Part shown: positions 24,720 through 36,146 of the stretch, piece by piece
How the letters are laid out: each line of letters opens with the position of its first letter
Numbering within the stretch: position 1 is the stretch's first letter
Source of the DNA: Vicugna vicugna
Lineage: Eukaryota
Reading direction: 5' to 3'
Length of the DNA: 64,000 bases
Assembly (NCBI GenBank): GCA_013265495.1
Contig: MU058289.1
Span: forward strand, 1,857,451-1,921,450
Position numbers and translations under genes: made by a program
The notes under the pieces: model-generated
What the model was told of the DNA's origin: nothing
What the model saw: only the letters and a program-made list of their open reading frames with translations
Database searches by the model: none

Positions 24720-27700
24720 CTGGGAGACATGGAGGGTGGGATGTCAGATGGAAAGGCCGGTCCACCTGCCCCGCCTGCAATCCGTAGGGCCCATCCTGCT
24801 GGAGGGGCAAGGGGCCTTACACAGGTGACCCTGGGATCACACCAGGCCTGAAAGGGATGTCTGCACACGCCAGGGCAGCCAGGCCACCAGTGCAGCAACC
24901 AGCACATGCACACACCCCGCCTACCCTTACAAGCCACAGGCAGAGAGAGACACACCCAGCTGTACACACCCACTGGCCGACGCAGGTTACAAGCCTGGAA
25001 GACTACAGTGAGACACAGCCACGTTGTCCCATGCACACAAACCCTTGCCAGACAGACTCGCCTAGAATCTCCCGCCGACAATCAGACACTCCAACACACA
25101 GCCACACGCCCAGTGAACCCATGTAGACCTGCCCAGATACTCTTGGGTCACACACAACCATCTCCCCCATCGTGAAAAAGCATTGGATGCGGGCACAGGG
25201 TCACAGGGTCCCCTCTTCTTGCAGCACACAAATCACAGGCAGACCCAGACCCATCCAGGTGATGGACACACCAGGCAACACGACTCCACCACAGGCCTGG
25301 CTGTGTACACTCGACAAAACCACAGACAAACCACCCAGAGCCTCGCCTTGCACTCAGAGAGCCCTAGGGGAGAACAGAGGCAGACAGCAGGGGCAGCGTG
25401 TGTGTGCAGCCATATGCACACACCCAACAGCATGCATGCACACACCCATGTGAACATGGGCACACATGCCGCACACGCGCATCCCTCAGTGTGTGCACAC
25501 ACACCAGTGTGGCTGCACACAGAACAGTGCACACACATGCACGAATGTGGGCACATCTGGGAGTGGACTGGGAGGGGAGGCAGGTCCTAGCACCCCATCC
25601 TCTGAAGGGCAGTAGTTCACACAGAAACACACACCTGCAGGAAGCTCTTGGGGAGCCCCCGATACCTGGCTTTCTCCACTCCAGGAAGAAACCAGGTCTC
25701 AGAGCCAGGGCTGCAGCCTCCCCAGTGCCCAGGGCACAGGCTTTGGTTTGGCTAATTCCCCTGCAGACCTCCAGCCCAGGTGGGGAGTGACAGGATTTCC
25801 TCAAGTGGGGGACACTTTAGGGTCACACACAACCAGAAGTCATCAAGGACACCAAGGGAACAGAAGGGAGGTCAGCACCTTCCAACACGCTTCGGCAGGC
25901 AGGGCCCCATGGGCCTCCCCAGCGGGACCCTGCACAGCCTGGGAGAAGGGTCGCCCAGATCTGGGGCCCAGATCTTCCAGCCCAGCCTGCACAAGCCGAT
26001 GCTTAGTGCCCTCACTCACTCCCTGCCTGCACTGGCGAGGACCTCCCAGAACACTCCCGCTCCCCTCTGCCAGTGCCCACTCCTCTGTCCACTCCAAGTC
26101 ACTGCTCCTCTGACCCTGCCACCACCACTGTACATCAGGGCAACGAGCTGGGCGGAAGCTGATGGGTTACAGCACCCCCAGCCTCTCTCGGGGCTGCCGG
26201 TCGACACACCCTCCACGCTGGGTACTGGCATACTCATGTACCGGCCGGCAGGCTCTGCCCGGGTGTGGAGTGACTACCTGTTCTCACTCTGGGGACATGC
26301 CCCAGTAGCCCCGCAGAAAGGGCAAGGATGCCTCAGAGATGGGCATGAGCAGGTCAGAGCCTGCGGGGAGGGGCAGAGAGGCCCCAGCCTGTGGGACCAG
26401 TGCTGCAGGCACCCAGATACAACTCATCTCAGAGTTCCAAAGGCCCTGGAGCCCGATCAACCCCCCAGGCCTGGTGACGACAATCCTGGGGGACACAGCC
26501 TATTCCAGCTGTCAAACTCCCCAAGACAGAACCTCAGCAGAGCTTGGGCATTCAGATGTCCGGATAAGGGCCGCCCAGCTTCGCTGGAGACAGGTGGGCC
26601 TGAGCAAGGCTGCCAGGTGCCATGGGGCCGTCACCAGATGACAGCTGAGGGCCCCACACGGCACCAGCAGGAAGAAGTAAGAGGTAAGTCAGCAAGTCTG
26701 AAGCCCCAGCTTCCCTGCGGAATTTTCTCCACCCTTCCTGGTGGAGCTCAAGCACTCTGGGCAGTGAGCAGCGTTCTGGGCCTGGCTGTGCTGCAAATCC
26801 CTGACATCAGGCTCTGAAGCTCCAGACCGTCCTCTCGGTGCAGAGGCCTGCCGGCCCCCCACATTCCAAGGCTGCCTGGTTCTATGCTGCCTTATCGGTC
26901 CAAGGCTAGAGTGTTCTCAGCTTGCTTCATTTCAGGACAGGCTGGTTCTAGGTCTTTCCAGGGTTCCGTGTCTCCACAGACTAAGGCCTTTCACGCCCTC
27001 GGGCTCTGAGGCTATCAAAGATGTGAGCAGCTGGAGGGAAGGTGAGGACAGACACCACAAAGGGACCTCCCAATTCTTGTGCGATCTCTTAAGAGTCAGT
27101 CTCCACCCCAGGCCACCCTCTGAGGGAGGCTGCTGGTTTGGGATGTCAACTTTAGAAGTCTGCCATGGAAGAAGCTGGCCAGTTCCGACCGCAGGTGTCT
27201 TCTTTTTCTTTTCTTCCTTTTTAAGCTTTGGGGCCAATTTCCTGGCTGCTTCAATGAAAGGTTTTATTAGTCCTGAAGCTCCTAGACATCTTAATTTGTT
27301 GCTTGTACAGAGGGGACGGACGCCAGTGTGGGGCTGTGATGGCAGCAGTTAAATGACATCCAGCAAGTGAGGTGGCAGACCCAGGGAGGCCACTACCAGC
27401 CCCGGGCAGCTGTGCTGTTCCAGGGCCACCCAGCAGCGGCACCCGCTGGAGCTGCCTGCATCGGAGCCACGCTGCCCTGCCAAGAACCCGAAGCCCAGAC
27501 ATAGCTCTGCGGGCACAGGGACCCGAGGGTGTGGGGGCATGAGCCCCTGGGTCTCACAGCACTGCCCAGCGTGGGACTGCTGATATCTCAAATCCCCCAG
27601 GTGACCTTGACATACTTAATTCTCCATCTCCAGGTGACTCATACATCAGTGACACCGGATGAGGGGTTGATCTTTGTTTCTAGAATTACTAAAAAAGTTT

Positions 27701-29714
27701 TTTTAATTTTAATGATTCACTCAAAGAAAGACAAGAGAGACCCGAGGGGCTCTTGCCAGCCCAGCTGCCCAACTCACTACTCAGGCCTGGCCTGACCCAC
27801 TGTCCTGACTGTCCTCCTGGTCACATCACCACCCTGGCCTCCAGGCTGAAGCTTAGGCCTGGGAAGCAGCTCTCCTATGAGCTGGAAGCCATCCAGGCAG
27901 AACAACAGATTCATCTCGAGGCCCAGCCCCGGGAAAGAATGCAGACCGCCACCCCCTCTGGGCACATCCTGCCGGGGGAGGGTCCCACATGCCAGGTCAC
28001 GGGGCCACCAGGGGCCTCAGCTCCCTGGCCAGAGGGCCTGCCCTACGGCGGAGCAGGAGGATGGGCGAGGGTGGGCTGCCCTGTGGGTCTGGGAGGGGAG
28101 GGCTGCCCCCTGCCTGCCCTGCTCCAGGCAGCAGCCTGGAGACAGAATGAGGAGGCCCTTCCCCGCAGGCCTGGGCTGTGATGACTCCAGGAAGGCAAGT
28201 GTCTGATTTCAGGAAACACTCTTCAGAGAGGTTGTGGGCAAGGGTTTTATGAATTTCACTCGCAAACGTCGTCAACCGATTAAGGGATGATCTATCTCAA
28301 ACAACGAAGGAATGCCGCAGAAGGCAAAATTGAAATTAAATAAGCAGAATCCATCTCCCATCCTAGACAGGGTTCTGCCAGCCAGCAACTGACAGGCCGA
28401 CGCGGCTGACATGGCCTCCTGACTGCTACACCCCCTGGAGGCCCCCAGGCCACAAGTGCCCCGGGCCTAGCCTGTCGGGCTGAGGGAATGAAGCTCCAAC
28501 CGCCAACCAGTGCCCAACTCCCCAAATTCTAAACCAGATGCTGCATCTGCCTCCAGCGGTCCCTCCTCCAGGGAGCCCTCCGCCTCCCTGGAGGGCACCA
28601 CCCTGGCCTCCAATGAGCTCCCAAAGCAGCCACCACCACACACTATGAGTCCATGCTCTGAGCAACCACACCAGCAAACAAGACAGCCAGATCAGAAAGC
28701 TTCCCAGAGAGGCTCCCTCAGTATCTGGGGGATTAATTAACTCCTCTTTTTATTTTAAATGTCTAAAACAGGAGGTGATGCCCTGCAGCCTTGGCCCTTC
28801 TACTGCCAGCCCTTGGCAGTACCTCGCTCTACCAAGAGCAGTAAGCAATCATGGGCTCAGCAAGCAGCACACTGCATCACCTCCAGGAGATGCTCAGAGA
28901 CCCATCCCGCCTCCTGTCAGCCCTGCTGCTACATGCCAGTGGGGAAACCAGGTCTGCCCCTAGGAGAGAAACGCTGGAAAGGCCAAAGCAGGAGAGTCAC
29001 TCGTGCCGGCGCCTCCCACAGATGGGCCCAGGAGTCAGGAGCACTAGGGAGCTCGGCAGAGTGTAAAGCTCCCTGTAGGAAGGGTCCTGCTCAGAGACAC
29101 TTTGCCCGCTAATGGCGGGATGAGGCTCATGCTTATCCAGAGCCGTGTGTATCCCGGAATATCCTGGAATTCCTAGCCAGTCACTGCAACACCTGCCTCC
29201 CCTGGGAGCCTGCTGCTGGCCCTTAGGGTCTGCAGTGGCCAACCAAAGATGACAAATCGCACCTCCCCTCCATCCTTCCCCTTATGTACTTTCCCAAGTG
29301 TTAGACTAGGAAACAGGATTAAAGATTTCTCCCCAACACGACTCGGGGAAGCGCACAGCATTGCTCACAAATGATCTCCTGCAGAGGCCAGGCCTGAGTC
29401 TCGCTCCAGGGGAACCTGAAGGTACATGAGATTCCCCAGCTAGCTGCTGGCCAGTTTCAGGCGGGGCTCGCTCTGAAAAGGGGCCTCTGCCAGTGGGCCA
29501 GGAGCTCCACCTACGCCTAGCGCTACCAATGCCACCAGCTCGAGGTCACAAGTTCCTGTGCAAAGCAGCCTTCAACAGGCAGACTCGGCCTCCTAAACTC
29601 TGATTGCCCAGGTCTGGGAGCAGGTGGAGAGCCCCGCATCTCGGCTGGCAGCAGGCTGTGGATGCTGCCTGTCACCCCAGCCCACCCCAGTGCTCTGAGG
29701 GGCTCGGCTCTTAC

Positions 29715-29890
29715 CTGGAGTCAGGGTACTTGGTGAGCGTGGCCAGGCTGCTGGTGTACATGTGGCCACCCACGTCTATGTGCACAGGCGCGTTGGACTT
29801 AGTGAGCTGGGCGGGCAGTGGGATCCCCTGGGCGGCCAGGGGAGACACAGGCGACCGGGTGAGAGACAACCGGGACATGCTTCCTCCCTC
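29715..29890 (-). CDS. KCTD15: KCTD15 coding exon 2 ([14 protein letters not shown]...LTKYPDSR), start of the BTB/T1 domain
   Basis: 176 nt. Acceptor ccacctccag, donor CAG|gtaaga. Translation contains [23 protein letters not shown], typical of KCTD1/15. Confidence 0.97.
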
Positions 29891-30517
29891 CTGGAGGTGG
29901 AAACAAGGCAAAAACAAGGGTTTCTCCACGACAGAGCTAGGGACTCCCCTTTATTGCCACTGTGATCACAGATCTAATCAGATCACTTCTGCCTGTGCCT
30001 GATCACATATTCAGCTGACAAATTATGGCCACCACTGTAATTAAGTGTATTTGCATCATTTTCTTCCAAGTACCAGAGGGAACAAGGAAGATGCTTATTA
30101 GCAATAAGAAATCAAGAAAAAAAAATTTTTCAAGGTGTCAGCCTCCAGGGGCATAAAACAAACTGCAAAATTCTAATTAAAGGTCGTGGGCTTATGTGTT
30201 AGATGTGAAATATCCCCTGACAAACGAATCACCAATTTGTGAATTGGGATTCAGGGGTTTTTGCAAGTTTGTCTCAGTAACGAGACACCTCTAAATTAGT
30301 GACTTCCTCAGCACCTAAGGCGTTGAGTTTTATACATGTAGTAAATTTCACATCAAATTAAGAGCATTTTTGTTTCAAAAAAAAAAATACATAATCGTAC
30401 AGCCAGTCAACAGCCGTCTCTCGAAGGCCACAGCTGCGGCTGTGAGGAAGGGCAGCCAGTGAGCAGGCAAAGAAGGGGACACCAGCCCCTGACCCAGCCC
30501 ACTCTGCTGGCTCTCAC

Positions 30518-30583
30518 CGCGGTGCCAGTGCTGCCGTGGGTGTGAAGTGAGGACCCGCTCGGCCGCTCCTTGCGGTGAGGCAT
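30518..30583 (-). CDS. KCTD15: KCTD15 coding exon 1 (MPHRKERPSGSSLHTHGSTGTA); the full exon is 30518-30610 including 27 nt of 5' UTR
   Basis: ATG at 30583-30581. 22 codons match the known KCTD15 N-terminus. Acceptor ttcccacag before 30610, donor GCG|gtgaga. Confidence 0.95.
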
Positions 30584-32203
30584 CTAGGCTTCCATCTCTG
30601 CCCAGAGTATCTGTGGGAAGCACGGGAAAAACCAGACAGAACTTACTCCTCAGGAGCGATGGATGCTGTTATCTCCCAGAGTCAAAGATGCTCACAATCG
30701 ACCTTTCTGCACATGCTTTCTGGGACCCCATGCCCTATCACACAGCCCTCTCCATATTCGCAATCCCCCCCCCCGCCACTAGCCTGTCCCTACCCCAAAG
30801 CAAAAGCCCCCCAAAGCCTCTGGGCGATAGATTACTTACACACACACATACATGCATGTAACGCACACACACTCACACACGTGTTTCCAGGGCAGCTCCA
30901 CGCCTGTTAATTCAGCTAATGACAGTACTGAAACATATGCTCACCATTATTGCCCCAAAATGTTTCAGAACAAATCAGATTTTCTTGGTATTTTGGTTTA
31001 GAGCCATTTTACCAAGCGTGTCTCCTCTTGCTTCAGCAGAGAACACTGGGGACCACATCTCAGAGAGGATCCCCCACCCTCTATGGGCTGGGGAGCCCCA
31101 GGACCTCTCTGAACACTGTCTCTGCGATGTTTCAGGGGTAGCGTGTAACTGGCCAGACACAGAGAAGCCTCTTCCAGCAGAAGCCAGAGCACGGGGAAGA
31201 GCGAAAGTCACTGAGGAAGTCACCGCTCCCCTGTGGCTCCTTTGGGAGGAAAACTTGTCTTTGTTTGCCCAGCCTGTACCTCTGCAGTTTCTCCCCAGGC
31301 CCCCCGGAATGGTCTTGTTGATGCCTAATGTATTCCAGATCCCTTCGGGATCACACCCCCAAGGCAATAGTGAGCTGGCCAGGAGGCAGCAGCCAGCTAA
31401 TAAACCCTTTCTCCTGCTCCTCCCCAGTCACTCGGCGACTCTCTGTGCCACAAACACCTGAAATAAGATTGTCCCACAGTTTCTAGAAGCTGCCTGAGGA
31501 TGCTCTGCAGGTCCTATGCAGAGAGCTGGAGAAGAGCAGGTCTAAGCAGCCCCTTCCACTGACTTGGGGCTGTCTCATGGGGCTGGGGGAGGTTTGCACA
31601 GGCCAATTGCATCCCCTCCCCACTCCCCCACTGGCTTCCACACGCCTAACCTGGACTTCTCTCTTGCAGGTTTACCCCCAACCTCCCTCAAGGATTGACT
31701 TTGTGCCTTGAAATTCAACATCCAATTCTAAAACCTGGACCAAGGTCCAATGAGAATTAAATCCTGCCAGTTTAAGTCAGGTCACTCTCCTAGCATCTGT
31801 TCTGCCCTCGGTGTCCTGACAAGTTCTCTGACAGGAAACTGGGGTGGGGGCTAGCAGACAGTGTGGGCTCCCCAACAAGCTCAAAAAAGAAAACCAGGTC
31901 ACTTATCTCAAGGAAGTTCTGAGCAACTAAAATATTTCTCAGGAATAGGTTATCCTGTCCGGGGAGGCAATGCTGGGGGAGGAGTCAGAAGGAAAGCCAC
32001 ACTGAGGATAAACTGTGCTGGAAGAAATTCCGATGGAAATTCTATCAAAGCGGACTGCACAATGTTTTCCCTACTATCCGGACACTACTCAGGAGTGACA
32101 TTTAACACCCAGTATCCATCACAACAGCTGCTCCATCCTGTTCTCACCCAGCCTCTTTTCCATTGCAAGCCCAACCGAGGTTCACGGCAAACCAGAAACT
32201 CAC

Positions 32204-32302
32204 CATTGGAAGCCCCAGGCTGTACGCCTTGACTCGAACCTCCACTGCTTTCTCCGACAAACGCATCTGTGCTGGACAACGACCCTTTCCCAGAGACCAC
32301 TG
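32204..32302 (-). other. KCTD15: KCTD15 5' UTR exon 2 (99 nt)
   Basis: Acceptor cttctgacctcag|CAG (NAGNAG) and donor ATG|gtgagt. Position between the CpG island and the ATG exon fits the KCTD15 structure. Confidence 0.8.
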
Positions 32303-32349
32303 CTGAGGTCAGAAGCATAAAGTGGGTGCGGGAAGAGACACAAGTTCAT

Positions 32350-35300
32350 TCCGTCAACACCAGCATCAAACCCACCACCCCAACCCCAGCGCGCCACCGC
32401 CCTCCCGAGGCTCGGCCAAACCGCCTGTTGCGGGGGCCTCGGCGGTAGTGTACTCCACCGCCCACGGGTTTCCAAACTGGCTGGGTATTGACCCGCTTCT
32501 CCAAGCTGCGGCGGGAGCCCCGGGTCCCGTGCCCGCCCGCCGCCGAGCCCCGCCCGCCCGAGCAGAGGGAAGCGAGCAGAATGCCACGCTCATTTACACA
32601 CAAAATGATTTTGTGTCCCATTGTGCTCGCAGTTGTTCAGCTCTCTGGGGGTGATTAAACTGGCTGAGCTGCGGCAGCTTGAGACGATTTCACTAAATCG
32701 CTTCTTCGTGAATTCGCTTCTTTGCTAAGCTGTTATTTTAACCATAAAAGGTAAACAGAAGGCGCCTCGAGAGCTCCCTTCAGCTCTGCGCCCCGGGCGC
32801 CAGGGGCCTGCAGAACTGTCCAGAGGGTGGGCCAGGAGGAAGGCGGGCGGGCCACCTGGCGCGCGCCAGCCCAGCCACGGAGCCCGCCAGCCGATGTGAA
32901 CTTCGGGGCGGCGGGAGCTTGCTGGGCCCAGGCCGGCGGCGCCGCGGGGCGGGGGTGGCCGCGCAACCCAAAGCGCCTGGCAGGACCGGGAGGGGTGTGC
33001 GGCAGGGGCGGGGCGGAGGACAAAGTTAAATCAAGAGGCAGACACTTAGAGACCACAGATGGGAAGCTCGCCTAATTAAGGACGTAAAAGCGCTTTTGTT
33101 CTCAAAGTTTATTGTTGCCGGGATTTAAAAAAAATTAATTGAAACTAATGCTGTTATTCACTCGTGCAGTTAAATTCCTTCATGCACATTTGAGACACGG
33201 AGTGAAAACTTGAAGCTTATCTTTCTGCAGTCAGGGGTGGGGGGCGCGGGAGGACGGAAACACGCTCCAGCTACGGGGGAGGGGGGCTGTTTGCGAGTCT
33301 GTGCCGGTGCGCGAGTCCAGATCAGGGGATATCGGAGGGCAGCGGGGATCCCGAGGCGGCGATCTCGTCTCCGAGCGGCCCGCCTGGGGCTCCAGACCCC
33401 GCGCGCTTGGGACGACCACCAGCGCGCCAGCCCCTCCCGCTCCGTTTCGGACTCGCGGGTGGGCGTCAGAGGACGCACATCTGTCCCGTTGGAGACTTTT
33501 TCTCTCTCCGATTTGGACATCAAGCTGGGCCCAGTCAGCCCAAAGCCCCAGCTCCGTGAGCCGGGTTCTGACCCCGGAAACTCGCCGAGCCTGCAGGGCG
33601 CTCGGCCCTGCACTGAGGCCCGAGTGCCAGGACCTGAACACCCCCCATCCCCACCCCGCCCCACGCGGCAGGAAGCTCGGTGCCTGCCCGCGTGGGTAGG
33701 GTCCACCCGGGGCCAGGGCCTGCCCACGTGGGCAATCCCCCCCTCCCACGCCAGGCCTTTGTGCTAGGTGCCCCCGCGCCGCCAGTCCCCGCCGCCCTGC
33801 ACCGGGACAAAGCAGCCGCCCCCGCCCAGGTCCGAATCCCGGCTGGGCGACTTTCCGGGTATCGCAGCCACTTTAGGGACAGGGGTAAGAGTCGCTGAAC
33901 GGTGGCCGTCCGCGCGGGGCTTACCTTGGAGCGGGAGCGGCGGAGCGGGCTCCGGCGCAGCCCCCGCCCCCCGCAGCCGCCGGTCTCGGGCGCCGGGCGC
34001 AGCCTCGCCGCCTGTGCTCGCTGCGCGGGTCGCTCCGGTCTCGTCCTGGAGTTACTTTCTCTCTCGGTCCCAACCCTGCCAGCACCCCTCCCGGCCTGGC
34101 CTCAGCTTCGCGCGGCCCATCCTCTCCCCTCCCCTTACCGCCTCCTCGCCACCCCGCCTCGCGGCCGCCGCCGCCGCCTCCTCTTCGCGCCGCTCTCCGG
34201 CTGCCCTCCCGCCGCTCCCACCTCCTCTCCTCCCTCCTCTCTCTCCAGCGGCCTTCCCCGATTGCTGGCGAGAAAACCAGCCCCCCACCTCAGCCGGTAG
34301 CCCGCGCCCCGACGCGGCTGAGCCCGGACGCAAAGGGCAGCGATCCGGCTCCAAATTACCCAGCGCGGCAAGCGCGAGCGGGAGCGCGCGGCGACTCCTG
34401 GCTCGGGGCTCAGCTGCGCCGCGGGGCAGAGGATTAGAGTCGCAATTAGCTCCGCGCGCCCGCGCCTGCCGCGCTCGGCGACAAAAATGCGCCGTTTCCC
34501 CTCCTTTAGCCGGCCGATCACCACCCGCCTCCCTCGGAGCCCGCGCCTTCCCGCCGGGGCCTCCGTCAGGACCCTCCCGGGAGCGTTGCGCCCAGGCCCC
34601 CGCGCCCCCCGCCGGCCAGCCACGCGGCGCCCGGGCCTCCTCCGGGCTCGGGAGGGGGCGGGGGAGAAGCTGATTTTAATCATTGTCATTTCATCTGATG
34701 TAATATTTCCCCGGGCGCTTTCAGCTGGGCATAAATTTTCGGCTCCCAAATAAGTAACACAGGGCACGTTTCTCACATTTCTTGACTCCTCGGTTACAAA
34801 GAGGAGAGCAGCCGCCGCCGCGGCGCCCGAGGGTAGGGGCGGGACTAGGGAAGAAACTGGGCTGCGAGTCGGCCCGGTCTGGAGCGGAGCCGGGGCCCAG
34901 GGCTGCCCCTCCCCCTCTGTGGCCTTCCTCCCCGGGTCTCTGCCCCGACTGCCCCTCTACCGGGGAGCAGCGCCGCCCGTGACGTCTGCGGACACGCGGT
35001 CGGCCACCGCGGGGGAGGGGCACGCAGGGGGCACCGGGCCAGCCGCCCGCGGCCAGACGCGCCATTTCCTTTACGCGCGCGGCGCGATGGAGACGTCTAC
35101 CGCCAAGACTCCCCACGGCGCCGAGGCTCACGCCTGGGGCGTCCCCCCTGGCCCCCTTATCGGCTGCCCCTTCCTCCCCCTCTCCCACCTCCTCCTCCCC
35201 TTCCTTTTTCTCCTCTTTCCCTTGCGCCCCGCCCGCCCCCCTCCTCCTCCTGGACCATTTCCCGGCTCCTAGGAAACGGAGCGCAGAGCCTCTAGTGCAG

Positions 35301-35950
35301 TGCGCCCGGCCTGCACTGCGCCCCCGTCCGGCTCCGGGAGCGCCGGGGCCAGAGCCAGGCTCGAGCTGGAGGACCGGTGCGCTCTGGCCGGGAGCGGCAC
35401 CGGGGCCCCCACCCCGAGCTCCAGCCGGACCTGGGCGCCCTCTAGCGGCCTCACTCACAGGGGCCTCTCGGGGCCGGCCGGGGGAGGGGGCGGGGGGAGG
35501 GGCGGAGGGCGCTGGTGGGAGGAGGGAAGGGTTGGGGGCCTGCCTCCCTTGACCAGTGGACGTCGCGCGTGGAAAGAGGCCCGGACCTCGCTTCTGTTAA
35601 CTTCTCCACGCGGGAATAAACAGAAACTTTCCTCCTAAGGGGAGGTTTTATTTATTTATTTATTTTAGAGCTTGAACTACAGGAGAAGGGGGAAATTTTC
35701 TCATTAAAGTTACATCCCTGCAGTTAGTTCAATTACTTGATATATGCAGAAGATGTTGTAAATTTATAGATTTAAATAGCTTACAAAGACGCCGCAGGCC
35801 CCATCAGTTAATTTCCTTAATTTATGGATTTTTAGCTGCTCCTAGAACTGAAAGGGGCCCTGGAAGTAGGTCAGGGATCTGTACGGCGGCTCCAGCATGG
35901 CCCACGGGCTGCCCATTCTGCTCCGCATGCCCTGGCGCCCCCCCCCTCCC
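32350..35950. promoter_or_regulatory. CpG island / KCTD15 promoter
   Basis: Very high GC and CpG density, multiple GC boxes (GGGGCGGG), overlaps the first exon. Confidence 0.9.
33925..34200 (-). other. KCTD15: KCTD15 first non-coding exon (5' end approximate)
   Basis: Strong donor AAG|gtaagc at 33925/33924 inside the CpG island. The TSS cannot be fixed from sequence alone. Confidence 0.6.
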
Positions 35951-36012
35951 CCGGGCTTCTGGCTCTCAGCTCGGGCCTGACAGTACCACTCTCCGCTCCC
36001 TACATCTCAGCC

Positions 36013-36146
36013 AGGCCAGGCCTGGGAGGTCTGCTTCGTTCCTTGGTGACTGCCCCAGTCCTTCCAGGGCTGCACAAGGAGGCCAGGCCTGGGAGGTCTG
36101 CTTCGTTCCTTGGTGACTGCCCCAGTCCCTCCAGGGCTGCACAAGG
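36013..36146. repeat. 67-bp tandem duplication (2 copies, 1 mismatch)
   Basis: Copies start at 36013 and 36080. Confidence 0.95.

Noticed and set aside
25780..26817. 345-aa plus-strand ORF in a KCTD15 intron
   Set aside because: Pro/Gly/Ser-rich translation of stop-poor GC-rich DNA, with no recognisable homology.
33170..35638. Many long overlapping ORFs in the CpG island
   Set aside because: Expected from extreme GC content. The translations are low-complexity Ala/Arg/Pro/Gly.
36013..36146. CRISPR-like repeat array
   Set aside because: Only two adjacent copies with no spacers, in a mammalian context.
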